A stretch of 59,654 nt of DNA from contig JAHJGX010000081.1 of assembly GCA_018824205.1 (NCBI GenBank), forward strand, positions 1 to 59,654, given 5' to 3'. A program made the position numbers and the translations under genes. The DNA is from a bacterium. Lineage in GTDB: Bacteria; Fidelibacterota; UBA2242. Position 1 is the stretch's first letter. Every line of letters starts with the position of its first letter. The notes under the pieces were generated by a model, which saw only the letters and a program-made list of their open reading frames with translations, had not been told where the DNA came from and made no database searches. Below, piece after piece: positions 1 through 8,961 of this stretch.

Positions 1-1481
1 TACAGACGCTGCGAAGTTGGCAATTTCAACGGTTTCACCGGCAGGTAAACAGCTTCTTCAATTTTCGACTCAGGGACTGTGGGATCGGTTTTATCGACAT
101 ACTCAAAATAATAGGAATCGGCGGTATAGACTTTCCGATACGCCCCTTTTTCACCTACGTTGTAAAACGAAGCCGAATGAGTTCCGCCGCTTCCCATAAA
201 GACCAGGATTGAATCAATCGTGTCAAAGTAATAAACTCCCGCACTGTCTTCGATGATTGTGCTCTGAAAAGCGTCATCGACATTATCACCCAACTGTTTC
301 AGGTGAGTAATATCCGTATCACTTAAAGTCAGTTCAATTGGATTGTCCTTGTCATCGGTCTCACTGATCATTCCGGCGGTCAATTTCAGTTTGCCCTCTG
401 CCAATGCCGTTGTATTCCGGGCAATCCAGATATTTTTTTGATAGATCAGGTTCGAGTACTGAAAATCCACAGAAATCCGGGAATCCGATGTAATCAACCG
501 ATGCGGTGTAAAAGTAATTTCACCGGTTGAATAATCGATAACATAGTCGCTGTTCTCACCACGTCTCATCGGCTCGCTGTTGATCCAGACCTTTTCCGTA
601 CCCGCCAGTACAATAATTGCCGTTTCGCCCTCTTTCCCGACTAATTGATAAGGTCCCTGGTTGGCCTCCTCACCATTGAAATAATTGCCGGTATATTGTC
701 CTTTCGTGACCGCACCGCTGAGTTGGGTCCGGTAATTCGGACGATCACTTTCAATCAGAACGCCCTGTAATTTTCGCTGATAGTTACTCAACGTGGCGGA
801 CCGATTGGAAAACTCATAATCCCCAAAGGTAATAGACTCATAGGGCATCCGCACCTGGATAAACACTTTATCGATTTCCTCAATAGTCTGGGTGTTGCCT
901 TCCGGTTGAATCGGAATATTCTGGTCCGACAGAGTGCCAACAATCGTAATGTCCTCACTGATATTCCCCTGCAATTCCAGGTTCAGTCCCGACTGCAGCG
1001 ACATCCCGCTGTTCGATTGGAGCGATACACCCCTGTAAATGGTCCCGGACTTCAGAAAATCATAGTCCCTGATTTGCGCTGATTTTTGAGCGCTGACAGC
1101 TGTCGTCTCTTTATTAGAATCCGGAGCAGGCGGAATATAAATTCGGGGCGGCGAATTCAGGATTTGTTGGCGGGGCAGTTTTACGTGACAATACTCATAG
1201 CGGGCGTAAACAGTCAGTGTATCGGCATTTCCGATCATTCCATGAAGAATACCATTCATCGCATCAACCTGAATGCCGTCGGTGGAAATGCTGTCAAGAT
1301 TATCCGAATTCAGGATCAGGGTTTCGGGAAATATTATCTTTTTAGACAGTTGAATTACAGAATCACCCGGTGCTATGGTCAGCGTATCCGTCTGCCAGTT
1401 TGCTATTGACAACACCGGAATTACCAGCCAATATACAGCCAGAAAAAAAAACGAATAATCTTTAATCCTTAACCTTCGAAT
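1..1481 (-). CDS. Large secreted/outer-membrane protein, N-terminal ~490 aa only (continues past window start); possibly SprA-like T9SS/gliding component
   Basis: My own minus-strand translation gives one stop-free frame from ~1481 to position 1 (..RRLRIKDYSFFFLAVYWLVIPVLSIANWQTD.. LQGNISEDITIVGTLSDQNIPIQPEGNTQTIEEIDKVFIQV ..). It is absent from the ORF track because it has no stop in the window and no ATG/GTG/TTG near the signal-peptide-like segment. The start is unresolved (ATT at 1466 or 1481?). The SprA-like call rests on weak motif memory only. Confidence 0.55.
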   Translation of the reverse strand, partial: MRRLRIKDYSFFFLAVYWLVIPVLSIANWQTDTLTIAPGDSVIQLSKKIIFPETLILNSDNLDSISTDGIQVDAMNGILHGMIGNADTLTVYARYEYCHVKLPRQQILNSPPRIYIPPAPDSNKETTAVSAQKSAQIRDYDFLKSGTIYRGVSLQSNSGMSLQSGLNLELQGNISEDITIVGTLSDQNIPIQPEGNTQTIEEIDKVFIQVRMPYESITFGDYEFSNRSATLSNYQRKLQGVLIESDRPNYRTQLSGAVTKGQYTGNYFNGEEANQGPYQLVGKEGETAIIVLAGTEKVWINSEPMRRGENSDYVIDYSTGEITFTPHRLITSDSRISVDFQYSNLIYQKNIWIARNTTALAEGKLKLTAGMISETDDKDNPIELTLSDTDITHLKQLGDNVDDAFQSTIIEDSAGVYYFDTIDSILVFMGSGGTHSASFYNVGEKGAYRKVYTADSYYFEYVDKTDPTVPESKIEEAVYLPVKPLKLPTSQRL

Positions 1482-1495
1482 GACCCGTTCCTGTT

Positions 1496-2401
1496 TTATT
1501 TTTTCTCGCTGCGGGACAACTGGCTGCAGATTAAAATGCGACCATTTGAAGACAGGAGATATAATTGATTGTTTTGATACGACATTGAACCAAAATATGC
1601 CGATTTCGGCAAGCCATCGATTATCAACGGTGACCACTGTTTTTGAGCAGCTGAATACATCATTAATGCAGGTTCTTTGTGTAACGACACAATGATATCG
1701 TTACCCACGGGAACCATCGCCAAAATTCGGGATTCTGCCGGTACTTTCAAGCGGCTCACCGGAGTGCCAAAACGATCAAATTGCAGAATCCGTCCATCCG
1801 TCTCCAGAACATTTAAAATCCCGGCCTCATTCATGCGGATCAATATCGGATCAGAAAGAGCGTAATTATCATACACGATTCCGGCAAAGGTCGTGATATT
1901 ATTCCGGCTTAGGTTCAGTCGGATGATCTCGGCATTTTCATCGGACAGGATAAAGATTTCACCCAGATTCGTCAGCACTACCGAACGGGGATAGGACAGT
2001 TCAAAATCGCTGTTCGGGGTAGGGTAAGTTGTGAGATAATTCAATTCCCGGTCAAAACGGACAATCCGGTGATTGTTGTAATCCGCCACCAGCAGATCCA
2101 GCCCTGATGAAATATTGATATCCATGGGTGTATCGAACCGGCCTTCTGCCCAGCCGAATCCGCCGTTAACAGATTGTACCTCGCCTTTTGAATTCAGACG
2201 ATAAATCTCCTGGCCTTTAGTTTCCAGTAAATAGATATCACCAAATTGTGAAACCGTCAGCGAACTGAACTGGGCTGATTTTGGAATGGGTGTTGGTTTG
2301 ACTTCCCGCTCGATTACAAACTGCCCGAACGCAACAGTACCCGCGATTAATAAAAGGACAACTAATTTTACTTTCAGCATGGTTTTCATTATACGACACA
2401 C
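1496..2401 (-). CDS. NHL-repeat beta-propeller protein, secreted
   Basis: 301-aa ORF with an N-terminal hydrophobic signal segment (LKVKLVVLLLIAGTVAFGQ). NHL-type repeat signature LLVADYNNHRIVRFD and several similar blades. Confidence 0.7.
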   Translation of the reverse strand: MCRIMKTMLKVKLVVLLLIAGTVAFGQFVIEREVKPTPIPKSAQFSSLTVSQFGDIYLLETKGQEIYRLNSKGEVQSVNGGFGWAEGRFDTPMDINISSGLDLLVADYNNHRIVRFDRELNYLTTYPTPNSDFELSYPRSVVLTNLGEIFILSDENAEIIRLNLSRNNITTFAGIVYDNYALSDPILIRMNEAGILNVLETDGRILQFDRFGTPVSRLKVPAESRILAMVPVGNDIIVSLHKEPALMMYSAAQKQWSPLIIDGLPKSAYFGSMSYQNNQLYLLSSNGRILICSQLSRSEKK

Positions 2402-2516
2402 CTGTGAATTTGTTTAACCCTGACAAAATAAACAAAAACAGGGAATAAGTAAATTTGATTCAGTGATTAATTATAAAAATGTTTTAACAATTACCGGTAA
2501 TGCAATCCTGATTGAA

Positions 2517-3857
2517 TTAACTGAAATATTTTTCAACTTTCGTTATCATCGTCGGTTTCATAAAAATGACAACTTTATCGCCGACGTCGATCTGAGTATC
2601 GCCATGAGGTATAATGACAGAAGATTCCCGGATAATCGCGCCGATGATCATATCCGCCGGCAATTTCAACTCTTTGAGCGGACGACCGGTAATTGCGCTG
2701 TTCTGTTTCGGTTCCAGTTCAATAGCTTCGGCGTCAATGTCTTCAAACAGTGATACGGCGATGACATTTCCACGCCGGATATATTTCATAATGGCATTGA
2801 CGGTTGCGATATTCTTACTGACCACAGCATCCATCCCGATCCGATTCATGATCGGCATATATTCGTGAGTGTTTAAATGTACGATAACCCGCTTGACGCC
2901 AAGATAACGGGCCAGTAATCCTGACAGCAGGTTTGTTTTCTCGCTGCCGGAAACCGCCACAAAGCAGTCCATTTCCTGGATTTGTTCCGAGGCCAGCAGC
3001 TCAATATCGGTTCCGTCGCCATGCAAAACCAAGGTATCTTTTAAATTCTCGGAAACATCTTCGGCCCGGTCCATATCCACTTCCACAAGTTTAACGCTCA
3101 TTTCAGCCGATAATTTAGCAGCCACCAGGCTGCCCAGCTGACCGGCGCCAACGATCATAATATGCTGTTGCTCCCGTTCGGTATATCCAACCAGTTCCGA
3201 CAGCACCGCAATATCCTCTTTTCGCGCAATGAAGTAAACGACGTCGCCGCTCCGGTAAAAATTCGGACCGTGGGGAATGATCGTTTCATCATTACGAATG
3301 ATACACAGACACAGAAACTCGATCTGCGGATTGGCGATCATCACTTCCTGCAGAGTCTGATTGATAATCGGGCTGTTCTCTTTGATCTGAAGCGCCAGGA
3401 TCTGGAGCTTCCCGCCTTCAAAATCCACTATTTTTAATGCCGACGACCGTTCCACCAGGCGTACAATTTCATTCGCCGCAGTCTGTTCGGGATGAATCAT
3501 GAGATCGATGTCAAACCGGTCGGGAGTTATCAATGCGCCGGGCCTGGTAAATTCGTCGTTACGGACACGGGCCACACATTTCCCGACACCGATCTTCTTC
3601 GCGATGGAACAGCACAGGATATTGACTTCATCCATTCCGGTGACAGCAAACAGAATGTCAGAAGTGTTGACTTCCGCATGTATCTGGGTCTGGACACTCG
3701 ATCCGGTTCCGAGAACAACAATCGCGTCCAGGGTTTCCGACGCCCGCCGATGCCGTTCAATATTCTGTTCGATGATCGTAACGTCATGACCTTCCGATAT
3801 CAGGCGTTTGGCCAGATAATAGCCGACTTCGCCGGCTCCGACAATGACGACCTTCAT
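2517..3857 (-). CDS. trkA: Trk potassium uptake system NAD-binding protein TrkA (two RCK/TrkA-N modules)
   Basis: MKVVIVGAGEVGYYLAKRL and a second Rossmann motif, IMIVGAGQLGSLVAAKL. The 446-aa length is typical of two-module TrkA. Confidence 0.9.
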   Translation of the reverse strand: MKVVIVGAGEVGYYLAKRLISEGHDVTIIEQNIERHRRASETLDAIVVLGTGSSVQTQIHAEVNTSDILFAVTGMDEVNILCCSIAKKIGVGKCVARVRNDEFTRPGALITPDRFDIDLMIHPEQTAANEIVRLVERSSALKIVDFEGGKLQILALQIKENSPIINQTLQEVMIANPQIEFLCLCIIRNDETIIPHGPNFYRSGDVVYFIARKEDIAVLSELVGYTEREQQHIMIVGAGQLGSLVAAKLSAEMSVKLVEVDMDRAEDVSENLKDTLVLHGDGTDIELLASEQIQEMDCFVAVSGSEKTNLLSGLLARYLGVKRVIVHLNTHEYMPIMNRIGMDAVVSKNIATVNAIMKYIRRGNVIAVSLFEDIDAEAIELEPKQNSAITGRPLKELKLPADMIIGAIIRESSVIIPHGDTQIDVGDKVVIFMKPTMITKVEKYFS

Positions 3858-3858
3858 G

Positions 3859-4902
3859 TCAGGATTCTTTCATCAGTTTTGTGAATATTTCCACCGCCTG
3901 CAATATCTGATCTTTCGAAATATTCAGATGGGTAACGGCCCGAATCCGCTCGGAATCCACGGCATTGGCGGCCAGCCCCTTACTTAGTAACGCCCGTGAT
4001 AATGTTTCGGAATTATATTTGGGATGACGGATATAGATCATTACCATGTTCGTCTGCACCTGTTTCATATCGATGAAGATGCCCGCCAGGTTTTTCAGTT
4101 CACTGGCTAACAAACGGGCATTCTCGTGATCTTCCTTCAGTCGGTTGACATTATTATCGAGGGCAAAAATGCAGGCCGCGGCCAAAATTCCCGCCTGCCG
4201 CATACCGCCGCCGAAAATCTTCCGGTATTTCCGGGCCCGCTGAATAAAGTCCCGGGGTCCCGACAATACCGACCCTACCGGCGCGCCAAGGCCTTTGGAA
4301 AAACAGAGGCTGACACTGTCCGCATAACTGGCCCAGTCTTTTGCCGGGATACCGGTTGCCACAACCGCATTCATCAGGCGGGCTCCATCCAGATGCAAAG
4401 GAATCCCTTTCTGGGCTGTTAAATTGGCAAGTTCCGAAATATTGTCCAGCGGATAGACAGTCCCGCCAGCCCGGTTATGCGTATTTTCAACACAAATCAA
4501 CCCGGTGGGCGGCAGATGCAGATTATCAGCCCGGATGGCATTTTCAACATCCTTAATATTCAGGACGCCGTATTCACCGTGCAAAGGCCGCATTTGTACG
4601 TGCGACAGAAACGCCGGAGCGCCGGCTTCATAATTGAAGATATGGCAATTTTCTTCGCAGATAACTTCCTGGCCGGGCTGGGTATGAGTTTTAATGGCGA
4701 TCTGGTTTGACATCGTTCCGCTGGGAACATACAGCGCGGCCTCTTTCCCCAATAAATCCGCAACCCGCTCTTCCAGTAAATTCACCGTCGGGTCTTCACC
4801 GTATACATCATCGCCAACATCGGCATGGGCGATAAAATTTCGCATTGCCTGACTGGGTTTGGTGACTGTATCACTTCTTAAATCAATAGTTATTCGCGGC
4901 AT
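3859..4902 (-). CDS. ltaE: Low-specificity L-threonine aldolase (PLP-dependent)
   Basis: [17 protein letters not shown]-terminus and PLP-lysine context [12 protein letters not shown]. 347 aa. Confidence 0.85.
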   Translation of the reverse strand: MPRITIDLRSDTVTKPSQAMRNFIAHADVGDDVYGEDPTVNLLEERVADLLGKEAALYVPSGTMSNQIAIKTHTQPGQEVICEENCHIFNYEAGAPAFLSHVQMRPLHGEYGVLNIKDVENAIRADNLHLPPTGLICVENTHNRAGGTVYPLDNISELANLTAQKGIPLHLDGARLMNAVVATGIPAKDWASYADSVSLCFSKGLGAPVGSVLSGPRDFIQRARKYRKIFGGGMRQAGILAAACIFALDNNVNRLKEDHENARLLASELKNLAGIFIDMKQVQTNMVMIYIRHPKYNSETLSRALLSKGLAANAVDSERIRAVTHLNISKDQILQAVEIFTKLMKES

Positions 4903-5076
4903 GGCATTATTCCATTATAGTTAATTGATGATCATTTTTTTATTGATAATTGTCTGGTATTGAACGGATAAAATCATTTTCTCTCAAGAATCACCCCAAA
5001 TTACTGCATTTTTCCGCTCATGTCAATTCAAATTCCCCTTGATAAATTGGCAAATGAGCGCTAAAATCGCAGAGTC

Positions 5077-6510
5077 ATGGAAAAACACACCGAACAAGAG
5101 CTGATTCAATTATTTGAAAACTGGTCCGGTGAAAATGTCCTATCCACACAGCTGCTTCCGCCCTCCGGTTCTTACCGGGAATACCTGCGGATAAAGGGTA
5201 CTCAGAACAGCGCTATCGGCGCATACAACCCGGATAAAAAAGAAAACCGGGCGTTTATTGAATTCACCAAACACTTCCACTCCCTGAACCTGAATGTCCC
5301 GGAACTGTTCCGGGAAAATAAAACCGAAAATATCTACCTGATTGAAGATTTGGGCAATACGACCCTGTTTGCATTCATCAATCAGCACCGGGAAGGAAAA
5401 AATTATACCAGTAAAATCATCGATGTCTATAAAGCCGTCATTGAACAGCTGCCGAATTTCCAGATCAAAGCCGGGAAAAACCTGAATTACGACGTCTGCT
5501 ACCCCAGGCCCCGCTTTGACAAACAATCGATGATGTGGGACCTGAATTATTTTAAATATTATTTCCTGAAACTGGCCCGGGTCCACTTTGACGAACAGGC
5601 ACTGGAAGAGGACTTTCAGACATTCACCGACTACTTATTGAAGACGGACACCAATTATTTTCTCTATCGCGATTTTCAGTCGCGGAATGTCATGCTGAAA
5701 GACGGCATACCCTATTTTATCGATTATCAGGGCGGCCGCCGCGGGGCGTTGCATTACGATCTGGCCTCCCTGCTGTACGACGCCAAAGCCGATATGCCCG
5801 ATTCCGTCCGTAAAATGCTGCTCGGTTACTACATCATCACCGCCTCAAAACAAACCAATATCAATCCTGATAAATTCAAACAGTATTTCTACGGATACGT
5901 CCTGATCCGGATTATGCAGGCCATGGGCTCCTACGGCTTTCGCGGTTTCTATGAGAAAAAGGAACATTTCCTGCAAAGCATACCCTACGCTTTGAAAAAT
6001 CTCTCGGCCATTTTAGCGGACGTCCGGTTTCCAATAAAGATTCCCGCACTCCTGGAGGCCCTTGAAAATATCATTGAATCCAAGCGATTAAATAAAATAA
6101 GCACCGATCAGAAATCCCTGACTGTTACATTGAACAGTTTCTCCTATAAACGCGGTATTCCCATTGATGTGACCGGGCACGGCGGCGGCTTTGTATTTGA
6201 CTGTCGCGCGATCCACAATCCGGGACGGTACGAACAGTACACTAATCAAACCGGGAAAGACGCCGAGGTCATTAAATTTCTCAATAATGAACCGGAGATG
6301 AAACGGTTTATTAGAGACGTAACAAATCTCGTTGATCAGTCCGTTGAAAAGTACCTGAAACGCAAATTCACAAACCTGATGGTCAGTTTCGGCTGCACCG
6401 GCGGTCAGCACCGCTCCGTCTACTGTGCTGAAGTCCTGGCGAAACACTTGATGGATAAATTCGACATCAAACTCGTCTTGCGTCATCTCGAACTGGAAAT
6501 GAAGCAGTAA
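5077..6510 (+). CDS. Fusion protein: APH-fold sugar kinase (AmgK-like MurNAc/GlcNAc anomeric kinase) + RapZ C-terminal-like domain
   Basis: The N-terminal ~330 aa carry kinase motifs YRDFQSRNVML and FIDYQGG. The C-terminal ~140 aa match the RapZ C-domain signature (FVFDCRAIHNPGRY .. QTGKDAEVIKFL .. FGCTGGQHRSVYCAEVLA). A MurU-like nucleotidyltransferase follows 26 nt downstream. Confidence 0.7.
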   Translation: MEKHTEQELIQLFENWSGENVLSTQLLPPSGSYREYLRIKGTQNSAIGAYNPDKKENRAFIEFTKHFHSLNLNVPELFRENKTENIYLIEDLGNTTLFAFINQHREGKNYTSKIIDVYKAVIEQLPNFQIKAGKNLNYDVCYPRPRFDKQSMMWDLNYFKYYFLKLARVHFDEQALEEDFQTFTDYLLKTDTNYFLYRDFQSRNVMLKDGIPYFIDYQGGRRGALHYDLASLLYDAKADMPDSVRKMLLGYYIITASKQTNINPDKFKQYFYGYVLIRIMQAMGSYGFRGFYEKKEHFLQSIPYALKNLSAILADVRFPIKIPALLEALENIIESKRLNKISTDQKSLTVTLNSFSYKRGIPIDVTGHGGGFVFDCRAIHNPGRYEQYTNQTGKDAEVIKFLNNEPEMKRFIRDVTNLVDQSVEKYLKRKFTNLMVSFGCTGGQHRSVYCAEVLAKHLMDKFDIKLVLRHLELEMKQ

Positions 6511-6536
6511 ATCCGTTTTTCGGAGTATTTATTACT

Positions 6537-7259
6537 ATGAAAGCTATGATTTTCGCGGCCGGTCTGGGTACCCGGCTGAAACCCTTTACCGATAACTGCC
6601 CGAAAGCCCTGGTGGAGATTGGTGGAAAACCGATGCTTGACCATGTAATCCGGCGGCTGAAATCCTTCGGTTTTCGGGAAATTGTGATCAATGTCCACCA
6701 CCTGGGCGAGCAGATCATCGAATACCTGGATACGCACCCTCACAAAGATTTGAAAATTCATATCTCCGATGAACGTGAGCAATTGCTGAATACCGGCGGC
6801 GGGTTAAAAAAAGCGGCGCCCTTACTCGCCACTAAAGACCCAATCCTGATGCATAACGTGGATGTGCTGTCCACGATTCCCATCCTGTCCATGCTCGTCG
6901 AACACGCAACTTCCGGCGCCTTGGCCACATTGGCCGTCAGTAAACGCGAGACGTCCCGCAAACTCCTGTTTGGCGACAACGGTCAAATGGTCGGCTGGAA
7001 GAATGAAGAAACCGGCGAAATCCGCGGAAAAGTATCGAAATCGAAAACCGTTCAGGATTTCGCCTTCAGCGGAATCCATATTATCGATCCTATTCTGCTG
7101 AAAATGTTCCCTTCTGCCGATGTGTTCTCCATTGTCGATCTCTACCTGACTTACTGCGCCAAATATCCTATTCATGCCTTCGAACACGATCCCTCGGATT
7201 TCCTGGACATCGGCAAGCCGGAGCAGCTGGCGAAGGCTGAAAAGTTTTTAAACCGATAA
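6537..7259 (+). CDS. Sugar-1-phosphate nucleotidyltransferase, MurU-like (MurNAc-alpha-1-P uridylyltransferase candidate)
   Basis: MIFAAGLGTRLKPFTDNCPKALV (GxGTRL NTP-transferase motif). 240 aa, immediately downstream of the AmgK-like kinase. Confidence 0.7.
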   Translation: MKAMIFAAGLGTRLKPFTDNCPKALVEIGGKPMLDHVIRRLKSFGFREIVINVHHLGEQIIEYLDTHPHKDLKIHISDEREQLLNTGGGLKKAAPLLATKDPILMHNVDVLSTIPILSMLVEHATSGALATLAVSKRETSRKLLFGDNGQMVGWKNEETGEIRGKVSKSKTVQDFAFSGIHIIDPILLKMFPSADVFSIVDLYLTYCAKYPIHAFEHDPSDFLDIGKPEQLAKAEKFLNR

Positions 7260-7318
7260 ATGAAATATTTTATAAAGGTTTTTCTTGTTGCTTCACTCGA
7301 CGTTGCGACATCTTGAAA

Positions 7319-7473
7319 AACATTAACCATCCGGCAGCTGCCGGATGGGATAGAATGGTTCCTACCTGTCGTCCCGACTTAAGTCAGGTAACTCACCGAA
7401 TAAATTCCCCGGAGTGATATGCGGTTTGTGCTACCGGGATCGAATCCACTCTATAAATTGAGTGGTTAATGTT
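7319..7473. ncRNA. Candidate structured RNA or regulatory element in a 331-bp gap between convergent genes (family not recognised)
   Basis: An 11-bp long-range helix, aacattaacca (7319-7329) with tggttaatgtt (7463-7473), encloses a perfect 22-nt palindrome ccatccggcagctgccggatgg (7327-7348) and a hairpin ccactc-N8-gagtgg (7446-7465). The helices partly compete. No ORF of 60 aa or more is present. Confidence 0.3.
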
Positions 7474-7533
7474 AATAATAGTCTAACAGGTCAAATAACC
7501 ACGATGAATCGGACTCGTGAAGACTCTTTGTAG

Positions 7534-7573
7534 AAAAAGCCTTGCGTCGGTATAAACCTTCGCAAGGCTTTTC
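7534..7573. terminator. Bidirectional rho-independent terminator
   Basis: aaaaagccttgcg-N14-cgcaaggcttttc, with A-run and T-run flanks, immediately 3' of the minus-strand M20 peptidase gene. Confidence 0.75.
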
Positions 7574-7590
7574 GATAATGATTATATATA

Positions 7591-8829
7591 CTATTTCAAG
7601 AGATCAACGGCACAGAGGCAGGTCAGGAGCGCAAAATCCACCAGTTGCTGAATCTCCACATACTCGTTGGCAACATGAAAGGCATTATCATCACCGGGGC
7701 CCCAACCGACTGCCATAACGCCTTTCAGGTTCAGGGTTTTCGCATACGTGCCGCCACCCTGTCCACCAGTCACCGGAACAAACCCGAGGATTTCTTTGGC
7801 ATTAGCCTGAATGGCGTCCACCAGCTCATTTTCCGGACTGATTGCATGGGGTTCGCTCCAGGCCATCAGTTTGATTTCAAATTTTCCATTTTTGACCTTG
7901 TCGGCACAATCCTGTAACTGAGCAATGACTCCGTCCTTTGTCATGCCTGGTAACGAGCGGATGTCGATGTAAATCATACAGGTCCCGGGAACAATATTCG
8001 GCGCTGCGCCACCTTGAATTTCACCAAGGTTCAGTGATGGATGCCCCAACACCGGATGTACTTCATAATTGAATTTCAGTTTTTCAATCTCATTGACCAT
8101 TTTGGCCATCATATAGATGGCATTGATGCCACGTTCCGGTGTCGAGCCGTGGGCCTGTTTCCCAATCGCAATAATTTTAAAAACTGTCCGCCCTTTTTCG
8201 GCAATGTCGATGAACTTCATTTCTTCGCCAATGTCCGGAATAATCGAATAGGTCGGGGCGATCAGGTTTTCTTCCATCAGGTAACCGATACCGTAATCGA
8301 TTCCGTCGGGGTCCATTGCCTCTTCATCGGACAGTGCAGCAATCATCAGCTGCCCATTCAATTCCTTATCGATATTTAATTTCTTCAGTACGTCGACGGC
8401 AGCCATAATCGAAGCCAGGGGACCTTTATTGTCCAGGGTTCCGCGACCGATCAGCATCCCGTCTTTTTCAATGACATCATAGGGGTCGGTGTCCCAGCCT
8501 TCGCCGGCAGGTACGATATCCATATGGGCCGGCATGAGCAGGCGTTTACCATTAGCATCTTTGCCGATTTTACCAATCACGTTGGGACGGCCTTCCATCC
8601 GGGCAAACTCTTCATACGGAATGCCCATTTTATCCAGTTCACGTTTGACGATCTCGGCGACCCGCCATTCTTCACCCCGGATTTTCAGATAGGGATGTTC
8701 GGACAGTTTTTCCGAAACCACGTTGACGGTTTTATGTTTACACATTTCGATGGTCAAATCAATCACATGCTGACGAATGTCATCGGAATGATCTTTAAAA
8801 TATTGCTTAAGAGTTGTTTTCAGATCCAT
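7591..8829 (-). CDS. M20 family metallopeptidase (ArgE/DapE/dipeptidase-like)
   Basis: Motifs HMDIVPAGEGW, RGTLDNKGPLA and LSDEEA. 412 aa. Confidence 0.8.
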   Translation of the reverse strand: MDLKTTLKQYFKDHSDDIRQHVIDLTIEMCKHKTVNVVSEKLSEHPYLKIRGEEWRVAEIVKRELDKMGIPYEEFARMEGRPNVIGKIGKDANGKRLLMPAHMDIVPAGEGWDTDPYDVIEKDGMLIGRGTLDNKGPLASIMAAVDVLKKLNIDKELNGQLMIAALSDEEAMDPDGIDYGIGYLMEENLIAPTYSIIPDIGEEMKFIDIAEKGRTVFKIIAIGKQAHGSTPERGINAIYMMAKMVNEIEKLKFNYEVHPVLGHPSLNLGEIQGGAAPNIVPGTCMIYIDIRSLPGMTKDGVIAQLQDCADKVKNGKFEIKLMAWSEPHAISPENELVDAIQANAKEILGFVPVTGGQGGGTYAKTLNLKGVMAVGWGPGDDNAFHVANEYVEIQQLVDFALLTCLCAVDLLK

Positions 8830-8961
8830 GTTGACTCCTCTGATATTGTGGTTATTTCATTCATTCTGCCGGTGAAGTTAATAGATACAGAGACCGAATT
8901 CAATAGCGTTTGTAATTTTCTGTTACAGAGACGATGTATGCAATGTTTCCAACAGGCAATT

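Noticed and set aside
1086-1409. Track ORFs on the plus strand within 1-1480 (17..199, 1086..1409)
   Set aside because: They are antisense to a long, protein-like, stop-free minus-strand frame. Their translations are Arg/Ile-rich and low-complexity.
7430-7452. ggatcgaatcc T-loop-like motif (tRNA or tmRNA?)
   Set aside because: No acceptor stem, anticodon arm or tag-peptide reading frame can be built around it. The region is too short for a tmRNA and has no GGGG..CCACCA ends.
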